Numbered from the stretch's first letter, positions 8,285 through 18,683 are shown. The stretch: DNA of 64,000 nt from a virus (IMGVR_UViG_3300031576_000004:1-64000); one strand, 5' to 3'. The notes: generated from the sequence alone by a model not told the origin. Made by a program: numbers and translations.

Positions 8285-9905
8285 CTAGTAGCCAAATAAT
8301 CTATCTCGGGGGCTTGGGGATGATGACCTCACTAGGGAACCTCATCAGGTCTCTAGCAGCCTATTGGGCGGCCACCGAGTCCTAAATCTCAAGTTGTAAT
8401 ACGACCGAGAAGCTCGGTTAAATACATCGCCTTCTAGCTTAAGACGCACGCTGGCAAACAGCTCGAGTAGGAGTACCAACTCGAGCTGCAAGCCAGGTGG
8501 ACCATTGGATGGATTCTTGAACTTGAGGTTATTTATTTATTCAGGTTGTTCCCTTGGGCAAGTAGCTTGCCTGTTCAAATGATATCTTCCATGCTCAGTC
8601 CGTCGTGCTAACGCCGGCGGCCTGAGTACAAGCCGCCGGCGATATCACGCGGTCCAAAGCATCCGGAGACTAGAACCTGAATTAATTCATATTGTTCCTT
8701 AGGCATGCAGCATGCCGTGACGAAGATTGTGCAAGCCGATACTCCAGCCGAGTGAGCACTTCGGTGAGCGAGTACGCTCCACCGCAGTGCACACTTCGTC
8801 TGTCTTTATCATTCAGCATCTAGAATATGAATTAATACCCGCCATTGTAAAATTACAATGAAAACAGCGAAGCGCTGTTATCTCAATAGGTAGAAACAAT
8901 TCCATGGGGATGTGAGGCTCTAGCGAGCTTTCACATCCGACATAGCAAGAGGGGAAACACCCCTCCATCGAATGGCGGATTTTATGGCATTGTATATGGG
9001 GGGCGCAGCGCTCCTAACAGTCGAAGCATGGATACGACGAGACACCTCGTTAAAGAAAGTTTCTTTCCCGAGGTGCAAGATCAGTTGGATTCTTGAATGC
9101 CAATAGGAATGTTGTTTCTTGAAAGCGAAGCGCTTTCACAGTCCAAGCAATCACACGAAAAAGTGAGATGGTACCCGCAGATCTGCGGCAGATTACTGCC
9201 CAGCAGATCTGGGGAACATCTCGCTCTTATCAGTCAGAATCTCGCCATTGAACATTCCAACCAAAGTTGTTTCCTAAACGCGAAGCGCGTTAGTAGTCCT
9301 AGCAACCACAATCATGCTCTGTTTCCAGACCATCCGTTCGATGTCTCGGCCTCGTCAGTAGACGAGAAAGCCTCAACATCTCACTCCTGGTCTTCCAATC
9401 CGCACGAGCACCCGAGACACTTGAACTTTGGTTCTATATAAGTTAATCCAGGTTGTATTCCTGACGAGGATTGGCGTAGCGCCATGATTCTCCTAGCCAT
9501 TACAGTCACGCTCATAACGGAACTCGCTCTCTCGGCGCGCTGCGACTTTTCTTGATAAAGAAAAGATCTTGCTTGCCTCGGTTCGCGATTTCCTATTCAC
9601 ACGAGCACCCGAGAAACATGAACCTGGATTAGTTAATCATCTAAAGCTGTATCAGCGCCGAGAAGCTCGGCTGGATTCAGGCCGCAACAGACTCAGCTCC
9701 GCAACATCAACTACTGAAGTAAAGAGTACTTAACTTCAGTATTGATGTCTCGGGCCGTACGAAGATTCTTGAGCTTTAGACCGACATTGTATTCCTAGGG
9801 AAGAAGCTTCCCTTTATATATAGAGCATTACTAAGTAAACCCTCCGCCTGCCCCCCTAGGGGCCTGGCGGAGGATTCAATAGAAAGGACCGAGAATGTCG
9901 GAGAT
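8281..9905. other. Hairpin-rich non-coding region, candidate replication origin or structured RNA
   Basis: No convincing gene in 1.6 kb; five GCG-NAG-CGC hairpins, long inverted repeats, direct repeats. Confidence 0.55.
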
Positions 9906-9911
9906 AACAAT

Positions 9912-10292
9912 ATGAACCAGGTCCAGAAGAATGTGTTGGAGTTCCACCGTGCATTTGGTCTTGGAGAGAGCCAAGTTCCAGTCATCCCGCCAAAAGATGT
10001 TTGCGAGCTCAGAATCAAGCTAATCCAAGAGGAGTTGAACGAGCTGAAATTGGCTCTAGAGGCTGGGGATATTATAGAGACCGCGGACGCCCTTGGTGAC
10101 CTAGATTACGTTGTAAAAGGCACTGCAATCGTCTGTGGTCTCGACATGGATCCTATAGACGCAGAGGTCCATCGTTCAAACATGACAAAGGTTGGTGGCT
10201 ATAAGCGCGAAGACGGGAAGTGGATTAAGCCCCCAACATATAGCCCGCCAGACCTAGGCCCAATATTAGACGCCATGCGGAAACAGGTATAA
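9912..10292 (+). CDS. MazG-like/PRA-PH NTP pyrophosphohydrolase
   Basis: LIQEELNEL...ADALGDLDYV...EVHRSNMTK. Confidence 0.88.
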   Translation: MNQVQKNVLEFHRAFGLGESQVPVIPPKDVCELRIKLIQEELNELKLALEAGDIIETADALGDLDYVVKGTAIVCGLDMDPIDAEVHRSNMTKVGGYKREDGKWIKPPTYSPPDLGPILDAMRKQV

Positions 10293-10296
10293 GAAC
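10286..10296 (+). promoter_or_regulatory. Phage promoter-like motif GGTATAAGAAC
   Basis: Overlaps stop codon, followed by AGGAGG RBS and ATG 10312. Confidence 0.55.
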
Positions 10297-10311
10297 ATAG
10301 GAGGGAAAAAC

Positions 10312-10494
10312 ATGCCTATTCCATACCTGAACCGCGATGGTGAAGAGCGCGTTCGGACGTTTGATAGAACAAAAGGCGAAGAAGCCGCCAGAAAGTACCT
10401 CAAGACAATCCCAGTTTCTTTGACCCTGTCTCCAGATGGAGAGGAGCACCTTAAACATATATGCGAGACAGAAGAGAGCAAAGACGTCGCATAG
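10312..10494 (+). CDS. Hypothetical protein
   Basis: Strong RBS. Confidence 0.65.
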   Translation: MPIPYLNRDGEERVRTFDRTKGEEAARKYLKTIPVSLTLSPDGEEHLKHICETEESKDVA

Positions 10495-10645
10495 GCGTTG
10501 GAGAATGCTCTGTATGCCATGAAAAGCGCGCAGAGCTTGTAGAGGTTACGGTTCCTATATTTAACGAAAAACTAAAACAAGAAGGAGAACTACAGATTCC
10601 TATGTGCAGAGACTGCTCTGATGATAGGAATGCTGGGAAAAAACC

Positions 10646-11134
10646 ATGTTAATCACAAAGATGCCAACGATTCATTATGTGGAGACGAGCCTTAGAAGGG
10701 GCAACGTCCACAACATGAAAAGCTCGCTAAACGACACAAAGGTTCTATTTGCTGATGCAAATGTTGAGTTCATCAAGGATCTCCAGTTGGCCAGAGAGTG
10801 CTACCAAAAAGAAGCCAAGCTTCTCACCGCGGCATTCGAGCTGATAAGCCTCAACCCAGATTACATGCTGAATCCGTCGTCTGTCGCAGTCGCCAGGTGC
10901 AAGCTCCAAAGCGTTAAATTCGTAAGCGGCTTGCGCGCAAACCCCCAGGCCTATATTGATCGTGGCGCAAGCCACTTTACATTGAAAAAGGTCCTTAACA
11001 AGTGGAACGAGTTCCCAGCACAGATCAGGAACAACAAGGTCCTGCAGCTCTCCGTTAAGGCCAAGTTCAAGATCAAGAAGAGTCAGTTCGAAAGGCTTCA
11101 GAAGCTAAATTCGTCCAGGACTTTTAGGGCTTAG
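10646..11134 (+). CDS. Hypothetical protein
   Basis: 162-aa ORF. Confidence 0.65.
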   Translation: MLITKMPTIHYVETSLRRGNVHNMKSSLNDTKVLFADANVEFIKDLQLARECYQKEAKLLTAAFELISLNPDYMLNPSSVAVARCKLQSVKFVSGLRANPQAYIDRGASHFTLKKVLNKWNEFPAQIRNNKVLQLSVKAKFKIKKSQFERLQKLNSSRTFRA

Positions 11135-11164
11135 AAACAACACATTTACAAAGGAGAACCGCGC

Positions 11165-11590
11165 ATGCTGACAGTTGAAAAGAGAGACGTTGTTTTTGAG
11201 AAGATCTCTGGTGGTGCCAGCGTTTCAAAGGTGGCCAGAGAGATGGGGCTCCCAGCGAAGTCAGTCAAGCGCTGCATCAAGATCGGAGAGGCAAAGAAGG
11301 CTGTTGCGGAGCTTATGGCTGCGAACAAGCCGGTCGCGTGCAAAAAGATTGCCGAGGATTACGGTGTCTCTGATGTCACAGTTGGCCGCTTCAAGAAGGA
11401 GATCCTTGCCAGCCACAAAATCGGAGCAGGCAGGATGGGCGATTTGAATTCGCTAGTTGAGAACATCAAAACCAAAAAGACGAAGAAGACATCTGGACAG
11501 CGGACAGGCAACTCTGATACTATCCAGCCAGAAGAAGTTGGCGTCAGAGAGCACATCGTGATTGAGCTTTTGAAGTTTTTGAACAGCTAA
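11165..11590 (+). CDS. Tandem HTH DNA-binding protein
   Basis: SVSKVAREMGLPAKSV and CKKIAEDYGVSDVTV; AAAGGAG RBS. Confidence 0.75.
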   Translation: MLTVEKRDVVFEKISGGASVSKVAREMGLPAKSVKRCIKIGEAKKAVAELMAANKPVACKKIAEDYGVSDVTVGRFKKEILASHKIGAGRMGDLNSLVENIKTKKTKKTSGQRTGNSDTIQPEEVGVREHIVIELLKFLNS

Positions 11591-11612
11591 CCACAAAAAG
11601 AAAACTCAGGCG

Positions 11613-11930
11613 ATGGCTCCCCTAGACACTGGTTCTGGGGGAGCCAAACCATCTGGATTTATGAAGAAAAACAAAGCAGAACTTACGTCGGAAGAATGCA
11701 TTCAGGAAGAAGAAGAGACCATGAAAAACACTCTCCTTTGCTCATCTGTAGAGCTGGAGAGACGGCTAAGGCAATACACCGAGGCCTCACAGGTTTTAAT
11801 CCGTCCAGCGATAAAAGCGCTTAAGGAAGCCTACCAGATCGAGAATGCTGGCATAGAGGCTGAGCGTCGGATCCGCCGTGATAGACTAGAGAAGAAAGAG
11901 ATCTCTCGGTACCACAACCATAAATCTTAG
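11613..11930 (+). CDS. Hypothetical protein
   Basis: ORF; start uncertain. Confidence 0.55.
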   Translation: MAPLDTGSGGAKPSGFMKKNKAELTSEECIQEEEETMKNTLLCSSVELERRLRQYTEASQVLIRPAIKALKEAYQIENAGIEAERRIRRDRLEKKEISRYHNHKS

Positions 11931-12073
11931 CTACAGTTGTTCTTTGATGGGGGAAGCCCCCGTAAGGATGGCGTTACCACTCGAATACAACAGTGAGATA
12001 CAAGCGGACATTGCCCCGCTTGTGCAGGCAGATAAGAATCTAGAACTGTGGCTTTTATTTATGGAGGATACCG

Positions 12074-12415
12074 ATGCCAGAAGAGATCGCGAGTGTTAGC
12101 GCCAATGGGAACGGCCAAACGCCGACTAGCCTAGATGCCATGTGCGTCGATCTAGGTATGGACGAAAAGGGGTGGCCATACCTGCTTGATGAGTTCCATA
12201 AGCACGTGGTCTCAAAGAGCAGGAACGAGATCCTCGCTCCAACAATGTTTGAAGAGGTTGCCATATGGAAAAAAGGCTTGGTTCAAAAACCTGGCGGTGG
12301 CACCCTAATCACACGGAAAGAGCATGAGCGCCTTCTCAGAGAGATAGAATTTAGCGCTAGAGAGCGTGAGATGACTGATCGGACAGAGATGCGAGCGAAG
12401 CAGTTCGCTAAGTAA
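12074..12415 (+). CDS. Hypothetical protein
   Basis: GGAGG RBS. Confidence 0.7.
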   Translation: MPEEIASVSANGNGQTPTSLDAMCVDLGMDEKGWPYLLDEFHKHVVSKSRNEILAPTMFEEVAIWKKGLVQKPGGGTLITRKEHERLLREIEFSAREREMTDRTEMRAKQFAK

Positions 12416-12429
12416 TAGTTACCTAAACG

Positions 12430-12483
12430 AAGAGGCGCAGATTAGGGGGGCTCTACACTCCCTGACCTGCGCCTCTTTTTTTA
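12430..12483. terminator. Terminator between convergent early and late blocks
   Basis: AAGAGGCGCAG...CTGCGCCTCTT inverted repeat plus T-tract. Confidence 0.75.
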
Positions 12484-12491
12484 GCTAAGAC

Positions 12492-13229
12492 TTATTCTAC
12501 GATCGTCGGATTCTGGACGTTTGTTGCGATAGCTGTCTTGATGTTGATCGGGACAAGCCTGTCGTACTGAGCGCTCACGCCTTCAGCCACTAGAACCGAA
12601 GACGAGTTGATATTGAACTGGTGCGACTGAAGGTAGCAGTCTTCCAGGTAGAAAGCTCCATAGGAGTCGTTCTGGGAGTCCCTCAGGTAGCACATAAGAC
12701 CAAGGGGCTTATCGAACAGGTCAGATGCTAGGTTAATGAAGAAGTCGACGTTATCGCTTGAACTTCCGCCCTGACGCCCGAATCCAGCCAACTCAAGAAG
12801 ATTTGTCGTCCTGCCATCCCCAAGATCCTTAGCGGCAAAACCAAGGTCATTAGCGCCCATCTTGGCAGAAGGATAATAGGCATACAGGATACGCAGAAGC
12901 GAAGGCCCGAAGTAGAGAACGCGTCCAAGCATAACCTGTCCGACGGTGCGACCTGGGACGAAATAGGACCGCTTGGATCCGATTTCGAACATCCTTTGAA
13001 GCTGCTTGTTCTGGGATAGCGAGAAGTTCTCAATTACCCCAAGCGGGAAGGCAATGTCAGAAGCTGACACGCTTGTCCCGTTAGCGCTTGCATCGGAAAG
13101 CCTGGGCGGGCCTGCCGCCAGAAGGATTGTAGACGCATTAATGAACTGGCCGCCCTGGAGTTCAGACTGGACGTGCTGATCCCAGAAACGCCAATTCTTA
13201 ATGCTGGTTGTAGCCTGACGCTGAGCCAT
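12492..13229 (-). CDS. Tail tube protein
   Basis: Directly downstream of sheath; LQRMFEIGS and YLEDCYLQSH...VLVAEGVS tube-like motifs. Confidence 0.8.
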   Translation of the reverse strand: MAQRQATTSIKNWRFWDQHVQSELQGGQFINASTILLAAGPPRLSDASANGTSVSASDIAFPLGVIENFSLSQNKQLQRMFEIGSKRSYFVPGRTVGQVMLGRVLYFGPSLLRILYAYYPSAKMGANDLGFAAKDLGDGRTTNLLELAGFGRQGGSSSDNVDFFINLASDLFDKPLGLMCYLRDSQNDSYGAFYLEDCYLQSHQFNINSSSVLVAEGVSAQYDRLVPINIKTAIATNVQNPTIVE

Positions 13230-13257
13230 TTGAAGTGCCTCCTGCTCTTAATTCAGA

Positions 13258-15615
13258 TCAAATAACTAGAGTGATCCTGATGAAGTTCGCTGGATACAGA
13301 ACAAGGATGTCGATGGTCACCAGGACAGTATCAGGCTGACTAGCGCTCTGAAGAACCTCACGAACCCTGTAATCGCTCAAGTGCCCGTCTGCCTTCAACT
13401 TCTCTCCAACCCCATCAAGAACCGTGGCGAGCTGTTCCAGGAAGATCTTGGTGACATTGTACCGGCCAACATAAGGCTTTGCGCTCCGGCGAACAAACTT
13501 GGCGGTGAAGTCCACAGCCTTAACAATCGAAACCTCGCGGCTCTCAATTGTGGTCGTGTCCGTCGTCAACTGGTGCCGAGCGAAGCATGGGGCAGTATCA
13601 ACATCCTGCGCAATGATATAGGTTCCACCACCAGCCATGATATTCAGCTGAGTTGGGCTGAAATAAGTGTTGGACTTCCTTAGTCCTGTAAGCCCAGTCA
13701 TTGGGACGTTCGTTAACGGCTGTTCTGGCGGCAGTCCGCAGATTTGGCCGCCGACGATTGCCGCGCCAAAGTAACCAGCCACAAATGCTGTAACGTTCTG
13801 CGTTGTTATAGTCGCATCAGTGTCGTCGTCATACGTGACCTCAACCTCGTCCGGCCACACGTTGATTACTCGCCGGTTAAGGAAAGCTTGGCTGTATTCA
13901 GCAATGAATGTGGCCTGCTCTGTCTTATCCAGAGGATCTGAATCGATTCTGTAATCGACGCCAACCAAGGAGATTGGAAGCGCGGAAACCAGGGTAACCT
14001 GAGTCTCAGAGTCAACAGTCAGAATCCTAGCAGAGGACTCTACTCCGAGAACAGTCACAACGACATGATCTCCAGCGACGACCCCGTCTGTAATAAATGT
14101 TCCTGGAGTCGTCGTGTCAGTGAAAATAAGACCGGTGATGTTAGTATCACCAGCGGCTGTCTCTGTAACCTTAGTTTCCTGAATAAAGATCGCGCGATTG
14201 ATAAGCACAATCCTCTCATGCTTGCTCTCAGCCTCAGACTGCTGAGCAACGTGCGCAGCCCAAACCTGATGATTGGCGGGATCCTGTGTTAGCGGGACAA
14301 TCGCGTATACCTCTTGGGCCTCAAGGGCCTCAGATGCGGAGACGTGATCGTCAATGCCATCTTCGGAGATCTGCATGGCATGAACCACTGTATCGGTGTT
14401 CTGAAGGGCCAAGAACACCGCGAATCCAAGCGGGTTGGCAGGAATCGGCGGCCCAAGCTTTGTTTCTGCGTCATCTGAGGACTCGATCGTCTGGAACTCG
14501 TTGATGTGGTCGTTCCTAACAGCAATGTAGCTTACCAGGACGTTTCCGGAGTTATTCCGAGTCGTCAGGGTAATGCTGTAAGGAACGCTTGTGGCTGTGG
14601 CCAGATTACGGACGATCTTGTAGGACACAGTGATCTGCACCGAAGTGAATGCAGGGCTGACGGTCAGGGTAGTTGTTCCTACTGCAGTAACAGTGAATAC
14701 ACCCTGATCGACCCCTGTCGGAGTATCAATTATGACAAGCGAATCTCCAGCCCGAATTCCAAGCGTTGTGAAGTTAACAGAGGCATCCGTGAATGTGGTG
14801 CCGACTGCGATAGAACCGACCCCAGATGGGTCCTTTTTAACCATATTCAGCTGGAGTTCAATATCGCTGACGGTGTGCTCGTTACGGTAAGACCCAGAAT
14901 CAGACCCAGAAGAGATCGCGACAACAGACCCAGCGACAACGCCAGAGCCAAGATAATCAGCCAGATCATCCACAAAGGAGCTGTAATCAGCAGCCTTATA
15001 GAACTCTAGTGTGACCGCGCCGGTGAAGGAAACCGCTCCACCAGTTATGGTTGATACGGTAACCGTAGTCACGGATGTAAATCCGATGATTACGTAGACG
15101 CCAGCGTCTGTCTGAGCGACACCAGCTTTGCGCGGGGTAATGTATAGCTTGCGTCCGACATCCCCAAGAACGAAAGCTGCAGTCGCCGAGGTAAAGATAT
15201 TCGTTGCTGCAGTTGTTACGCCGTCAACAAGAAGCGATATTAGCGTTGTTGAATCGGACGTCTCTCCGGTAGATGAAGAGCTAATAAGGGTCCTTGTGAT
15301 CGGAATATTGACTGCAAGATTAACGCTATCAGCATCAACCGTGAAGTCTGTGCCAAGCGTAATCTCGAACGTCCCGAATGAGTTCTGAATGTAGGCTCTA
15401 ACGCCAGCCTGCTCAACCACAGATCCAGCAATCAGATTCGGATAAGCATAATCCGTCGCCAGGTTCGCATATGCGCCGGCGAGCTGCTTTACCTCGATCT
15501 GCTTGTTAATACCCACGATAACCGTGGGAAGATCTGGGGATGCAAGGGTCGGCGCGTTACGCCTAAATACTTGCTCGACAAAGACGTCTGGCTGAAGAAT
15601 TGGAGTAATCGGCAT
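13258..15615 (-). CDS. Contractile tail sheath protein
   Basis: PDVFVEQ N-terminus; RHQLTTD...REVSIVKAVDF; YPANFIRITLVI C-terminus. Confidence 0.92.
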   Translation of the reverse strand: MPITPILQPDVFVEQVFRRNAPTLASPDLPTVIVGINKQIEVKQLAGAYANLATDYAYPNLIAGSVVEQAGVRAYIQNSFGTFEITLGTDFTVDADSVNLAVNIPITRTLISSSSTGETSDSTTLISLLVDGVTTAATNIFTSATAAFVLGDVGRKLYITPRKAGVAQTDAGVYVIIGFTSVTTVTVSTITGGAVSFTGAVTLEFYKAADYSSFVDDLADYLGSGVVAGSVVAISSGSDSGSYRNEHTVSDIELQLNMVKKDPSGVGSIAVGTTFTDASVNFTTLGIRAGDSLVIIDTPTGVDQGVFTVTAVGTTTLTVSPAFTSVQITVSYKIVRNLATATSVPYSITLTTRNNSGNVLVSYIAVRNDHINEFQTIESSDDAETKLGPPIPANPLGFAVFLALQNTDTVVHAMQISEDGIDDHVSASEALEAQEVYAIVPLTQDPANHQVWAAHVAQQSEAESKHERIVLINRAIFIQETKVTETAAGDTNITGLIFTDTTTPGTFITDGVVAGDHVVVTVLGVESSARILTVDSETQVTLVSALPISLVGVDYRIDSDPLDKTEQATFIAEYSQAFLNRRVINVWPDEVEVTYDDDTDATITTQNVTAFVAGYFGAAIVGGQICGLPPEQPLTNVPMTGLTGLRKSNTYFSPTQLNIMAGGGTYIIAQDVDTAPCFARHQLTTDTTTIESREVSIVKAVDFTAKFVRRSAKPYVGRYNVTKIFLEQLATVLDGVGEKLKADGHLSDYRVREVLQSASQPDTVLVTIDILVLYPANFIRITLVI

Positions 15616-15682
15616 TTAACGGTCTCCTCCTGGAATCTGAACGAGGATTTTATCACTAGATAGAAACATTATCAAGCGAATC

Positions 15683-16282
15683 CTATGGGTCCGTTACCTG
15701 TTTAATATCTTGGCCATGCCCGTTGAGCGTTATTGTAGCAGAGCGCATGACAGGAGCGTTAAATGTCTTCTCCCAATTGTCCTGCATGTAGATCCCAGCT
15801 GCAACAGGGACAACTGACAGGTCGGTTACAGAGTCTGCCTGAACAAGAGACTCAGGCCCTATAACCAAGCTGTTAATTTCGAATGTGCCGTTTTTCCTTA
15901 TTTCCCTGGCGAAAAACTGCAGCGACGCAAAGACGAGGTGCGCTAGCTTTTCAGCCTCAAGCCCGTTTCTAGAGAAACAATTAACCGTCATTTCAGCGTT
16001 TATTAGATCCTTATAGCGCTCTCTGCCAGTCCTGAAATCAATCAGCTCGCGCTGATCGATGCTTGTATTCATCCACCTAAGAGAACCCCTATTAACGATA
16101 ATTGCTGGGCGCTTGTCGACGCCAGCAAGGTTCTCTGTGTAGGCGTCTGAAATCATAACTTTTGTTAAGGTTGCATCCTCAGACCATTGGTACTCATTGA
16201 TTCCATCATAGAAGTCTGCCTGAGAAAACGCGTCCTGCAGAAACAGGAGGATTTGATCTTTTATGGCGCTAGTGTAAATCAC
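15683..16282 (-). CDS. Putative tail terminator/completion protein
   Basis: Upstream of sheath; RPAIIVNRG...VNCFSRNGLEAEKLA. Confidence 0.6.
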   Translation of the reverse strand: MIYTSAIKDQILLFLQDAFSQADFYDGINEYQWSEDATLTKVMISDAYTENLAGVDKRPAIIVNRGSLRWMNTSIDQRELIDFRTGRERYKDLINAEMTVNCFSRNGLEAEKLAHLVFASLQFFAREIRKNGTFEINSLVIGPESLVQADSVTDLSVVPVAAGIYMQDNWEKTFNAPVMRSATITLNGHGQDIKQVTDP

Positions 16283-16284
16283 GG

Positions 16285-16590
16285 CTAGGCTGGGCCGCGC
16301 CCGTATATTCCTTGCTGACCAAGGGACGGGCCTTTCTTGTTGCTTCCTTCTTGGTCATACAATTTGCTCGACCTAAGAAGCCCAACAATGCCGCCGCCTA
16401 CAGCGCCAGCTCCGCCTGCGAACAAAGCCGCATAATCCTTGTTCCTTAGAATAAGATTAGCCAGGGCGTGGGATCCAACAAGCCCAATTCCGCCACCAAG
16501 AAGGCCTCCGGCGAGAATTCCGGCAAGGATTGGGTCCATGCCTAGCTTCTCAAGCTCATCGTGAAAACCTTCTTTGGTCTTTATATTCAT
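16285..16590 (-). CDS. Putative internal virion protein, glycine-zipper helices
   Basis: GFHDELEKLG followed by GxxxG segments. Confidence 0.65.
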   Translation of the reverse strand: MNIKTKEGFHDELEKLGMDPILAGILAGGLLGGGIGLVGSHALANLILRNKDYAALFAGGAGAVGGGIVGLLRSSKLYDQEGSNKKGPSLGQQGIYGRGPA

Positions 16591-16841
16591 CGGTTCATCC
16601 AGTCCTGGGCAGTTCCGTTTTCGCTATCCTTCATTATTTTGTCTGTACCGCCCCTATCGTCAAATTCTCCAATAGCGTGCTGGTCACCTGCCTGCGTTGC
16701 CATTGAAGAACCTGGCTTCTTATTGCCTTCTCTCTGCGCTCCGAATATCAGCTTCTTCTCGAGCTTCTTCCGCTTTCGCGTGCTAATCTTCTCGAGTTCG
16801 TCAATAAAGCCGTTAGAGATGTCCTTCGTCAGCTTGAACAT
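16587..16841 (-). CDS. Putative internal virion protein
   Basis: GFIDELEKIS motif. Confidence 0.65.
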   Translation of the reverse strand: MFKLTKDISNGFIDELEKISTRKRKKLEKKLIFGAQREGNKKPGSSMATQAGDQHAIGEFDDRGGTDKIMKDSENGTAQDWMNR

Positions 16842-17071
16842 TAGCCGTTGTTATAAACGATTACCTGGTGAGTTAGATCCTCTGCGTAATGGATATTGTA
16901 AATAGCAAATGCTACGCTCTCACTCTCAAGGGCCTTCAGGAACTCTTCGTATCCGGCTCTTCCCTGGCCCCTGTTCCCTATCGCAGCAAGAACAACGGCT
17001 GGGGCGTTACCAGACACAGCCCCTTCAATGTGGAGGTTAAAGTCTGTGTAGACGATATCGATTAGTGCCAT
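16841..17071 (-). CDS. Hypothetical virion-module protein
   Basis: Translationally coupled ORF. Confidence 0.6.
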   Translation of the reverse strand: MALIDIVYTDFNLHIEGAVSGNAPAVVLAAIGNRGQGRAGYEEFLKALESESVAFAIYNIHYAEDLTHQVIVYNNG

Positions 17072-17823
17072 TACTTAGCCCCTTGCCCAGCCCGAACACC
17101 GGCTGAATAGAAAGCCCTGGCAAGATGCTTGTTCTCTTCAGCATTCAGCTTCCTCGCCTCATCAACGAAAGCTGATAGCTGGCGCTTTCGCTTCTTCTCT
17201 CCAAGGCCGTGAGCCACAGCAGCGCCCCCAGCAACCCCAATGGCTGCAGGAGCTAGCTTCTTGGCAAGGGCCATAGCCTCTCCAGCAGCAATCTTATTAA
17301 ACTCAGAAAGAAAGGCACCCATGGCGGATGCCGTCTTTCCAAGAAGAGCGCCACGCTGGTCTTTTTCTACTGACATGGGGGTTCTCCTGTGTTCATCGGA
17401 CGTTTCCTCAACGTTCGGAAACTGCTGCGGCATCGCCAATGGGATATCAGACGGCTGTGGCCTGGATAGATCTCTCCGTACCTGAGGTGCTACTTCTGGA
17501 TACAGTTCAGCATTCCGTGGAGTCGGCTCAGAAACATCCATTACTGACTTCTTCGCTGCGCCGAACAGATCCTTCTTATTGCTGACTCCGCCGATAGATC
17601 CTGTCTGAAGCATTGTTCTGATGGCGTTGTTTAGACGCGCTTCTGTTGGCTGAACGCCGTGCAAAGGCATTACTGCCCCACCGCTAACCTTCTTCTTACT
17701 GTTAGATAGCGAAGGCGGATCCTTCAAACGCTCATCGCTGGAGCGCTGCCCACCAGAGCTATAATTGGTCTCGGAGTCCCGAGCCATCTTATCCATCTCA
17801 TTTGCGATTTCAGCTAAGTTCAT
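17071..17823 (-). CDS. Putative internal virion protein
   Basis: DKMA, GKTAS, AFLSEFNKIAA motifs, Gly/Ala helix. Confidence 0.7.
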   Translation of the reverse strand: MNLAEIANEMDKMARDSETNYSSGGQRSSDERLKDPPSLSNSKKKVSGGAVMPLHGVQPTEARLNNAIRTMLQTGSIGGVSNKKDLFGAAKKSVMDVSEPTPRNAELYPEVAPQVRRDLSRPQPSDIPLAMPQQFPNVEETSDEHRRTPMSVEKDQRGALLGKTASAMGAFLSEFNKIAAGEAMALAKKLAPAAIGVAGGAAVAHGLGEKKRKRQLSAFVDEARKLNAEENKHLARAFYSAGVRAGQGAK

Positions 17824-18283
17824 TTCTTCGGCCTCCAGAATTTTCGTTCAGAGTTATGGCCCTATTTACCATGATCTCTGGCGTCTCAAGCTTTGCCAGT
17901 TCCACACCTGTCCAAACGAACTTCTTTCCAAATATGTTTCCAGTTGGTGTTAACTGCTGTTTAAGGCTAGCCTTCTTTAATATTCTATTCCTTTTCCACT
18001 TCTCTGTTCTTTTCAGAAACTGAGCTGTCCTTAAATACCACTTAATCTGTTTCGAGCCCTGATCTTGTACCTCTGCATACGGTAAGTCTGACATAATATA
18101 GATTGAGTCGCCAGCAATTGCAACATTAATGCTATCTCTAAGCCGGCCAGTGGGATGCTTGAATACCCCTCCAGTGGCCATATATTGCTTTATGTTCTTC
18201 TTTATGTTTTGCGCAAAAAGTTGCTTTTCGAACTCGCTCGGCTCTAAGCCTGGAGACGATCGAATATCAACCACCGCGAACAC
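17810..18283 (-). CDS. Putative virion morphogenesis/neck protein (HK97 gp10-like)
   Basis: PTGRLRDSI...PYAEVQDQG. Confidence 0.6.
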   Translation of the reverse strand: MFAVVDIRSSPGLEPSEFEKQLFAQNIKKNIKQYMATGGVFKHPTGRLRDSINVAIAGDSIYIMSDLPYAEVQDQGSKQIKWYLRTAQFLKRTEKWKRNRILKKASLKQQLTPTGNIFGKKFVWTGVELAKLETPEIMVNRAITLNENSGGRRNELS

Positions 18284-18683
18284 TGAAGGCGCTCCTTATT
18301 GTTCTTATTGGATGCAGCGATGCCTCTCCAATGTCTTTCACTGCCTTGCCAGTAACAGACAACAGAGATTCTTTTGGCTCCAGCATCCTTGCGCTGAAAT
18401 CCAAGACTTCCGCTTCTGCTCTTGGTAAATTGCTAATTGACATCGCGCTTCCCATTGTGCCCCCAACCGCCGCTCCTAGTAGTGCATAAGATACTCTCCT
18501 ACGTCTTGTGTCTTCTGGGGTTGTTCCTACAGGAGATACGGCCGCCCCAGCAAGGCCTCCAATAACAGTGCTAGCCAATAAGGACTCTGCAAAGCTTTGG
18601 ATCATGGATCTTTGAACCGGATTTGGTTCAGGGAGCCTTGCCAAAGAAAGGCCTTTTCCGACCAGCTTCTCTAGGAGAGGCAT
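18267..18683 (-). CDS. Putative internal virion protein, glycine zipper
   Basis: LEKLV N-terminus, GxxxG helices. Confidence 0.65.
   Translation of the reverse strand: MPLLEKLVGKGLSLARLPEPNPVQRSMIQSFAESLLASTVIGGLAGAAVSPVGTTPEDTRRRRVSYALLGAAVGGTMGSAMSISNLPRAEAEVLDFSARMLEPKESLLSVTGKAVKDIGEASLHPIRTIRSAFSVRGG

Noticed and set aside
9097-9441. 114-aa ORF in the hairpin region
   Set aside because: No RBS, Ser/His-rich composition, and it runs through the hairpins; probably spurious.
8281-9905. Group I/II intron or tRNA cluster
   Set aside because: No interrupted gene flanks it and I could not identify intron core or tRNA T-loop/CCA motifs; a covariance-model search is still advisable.
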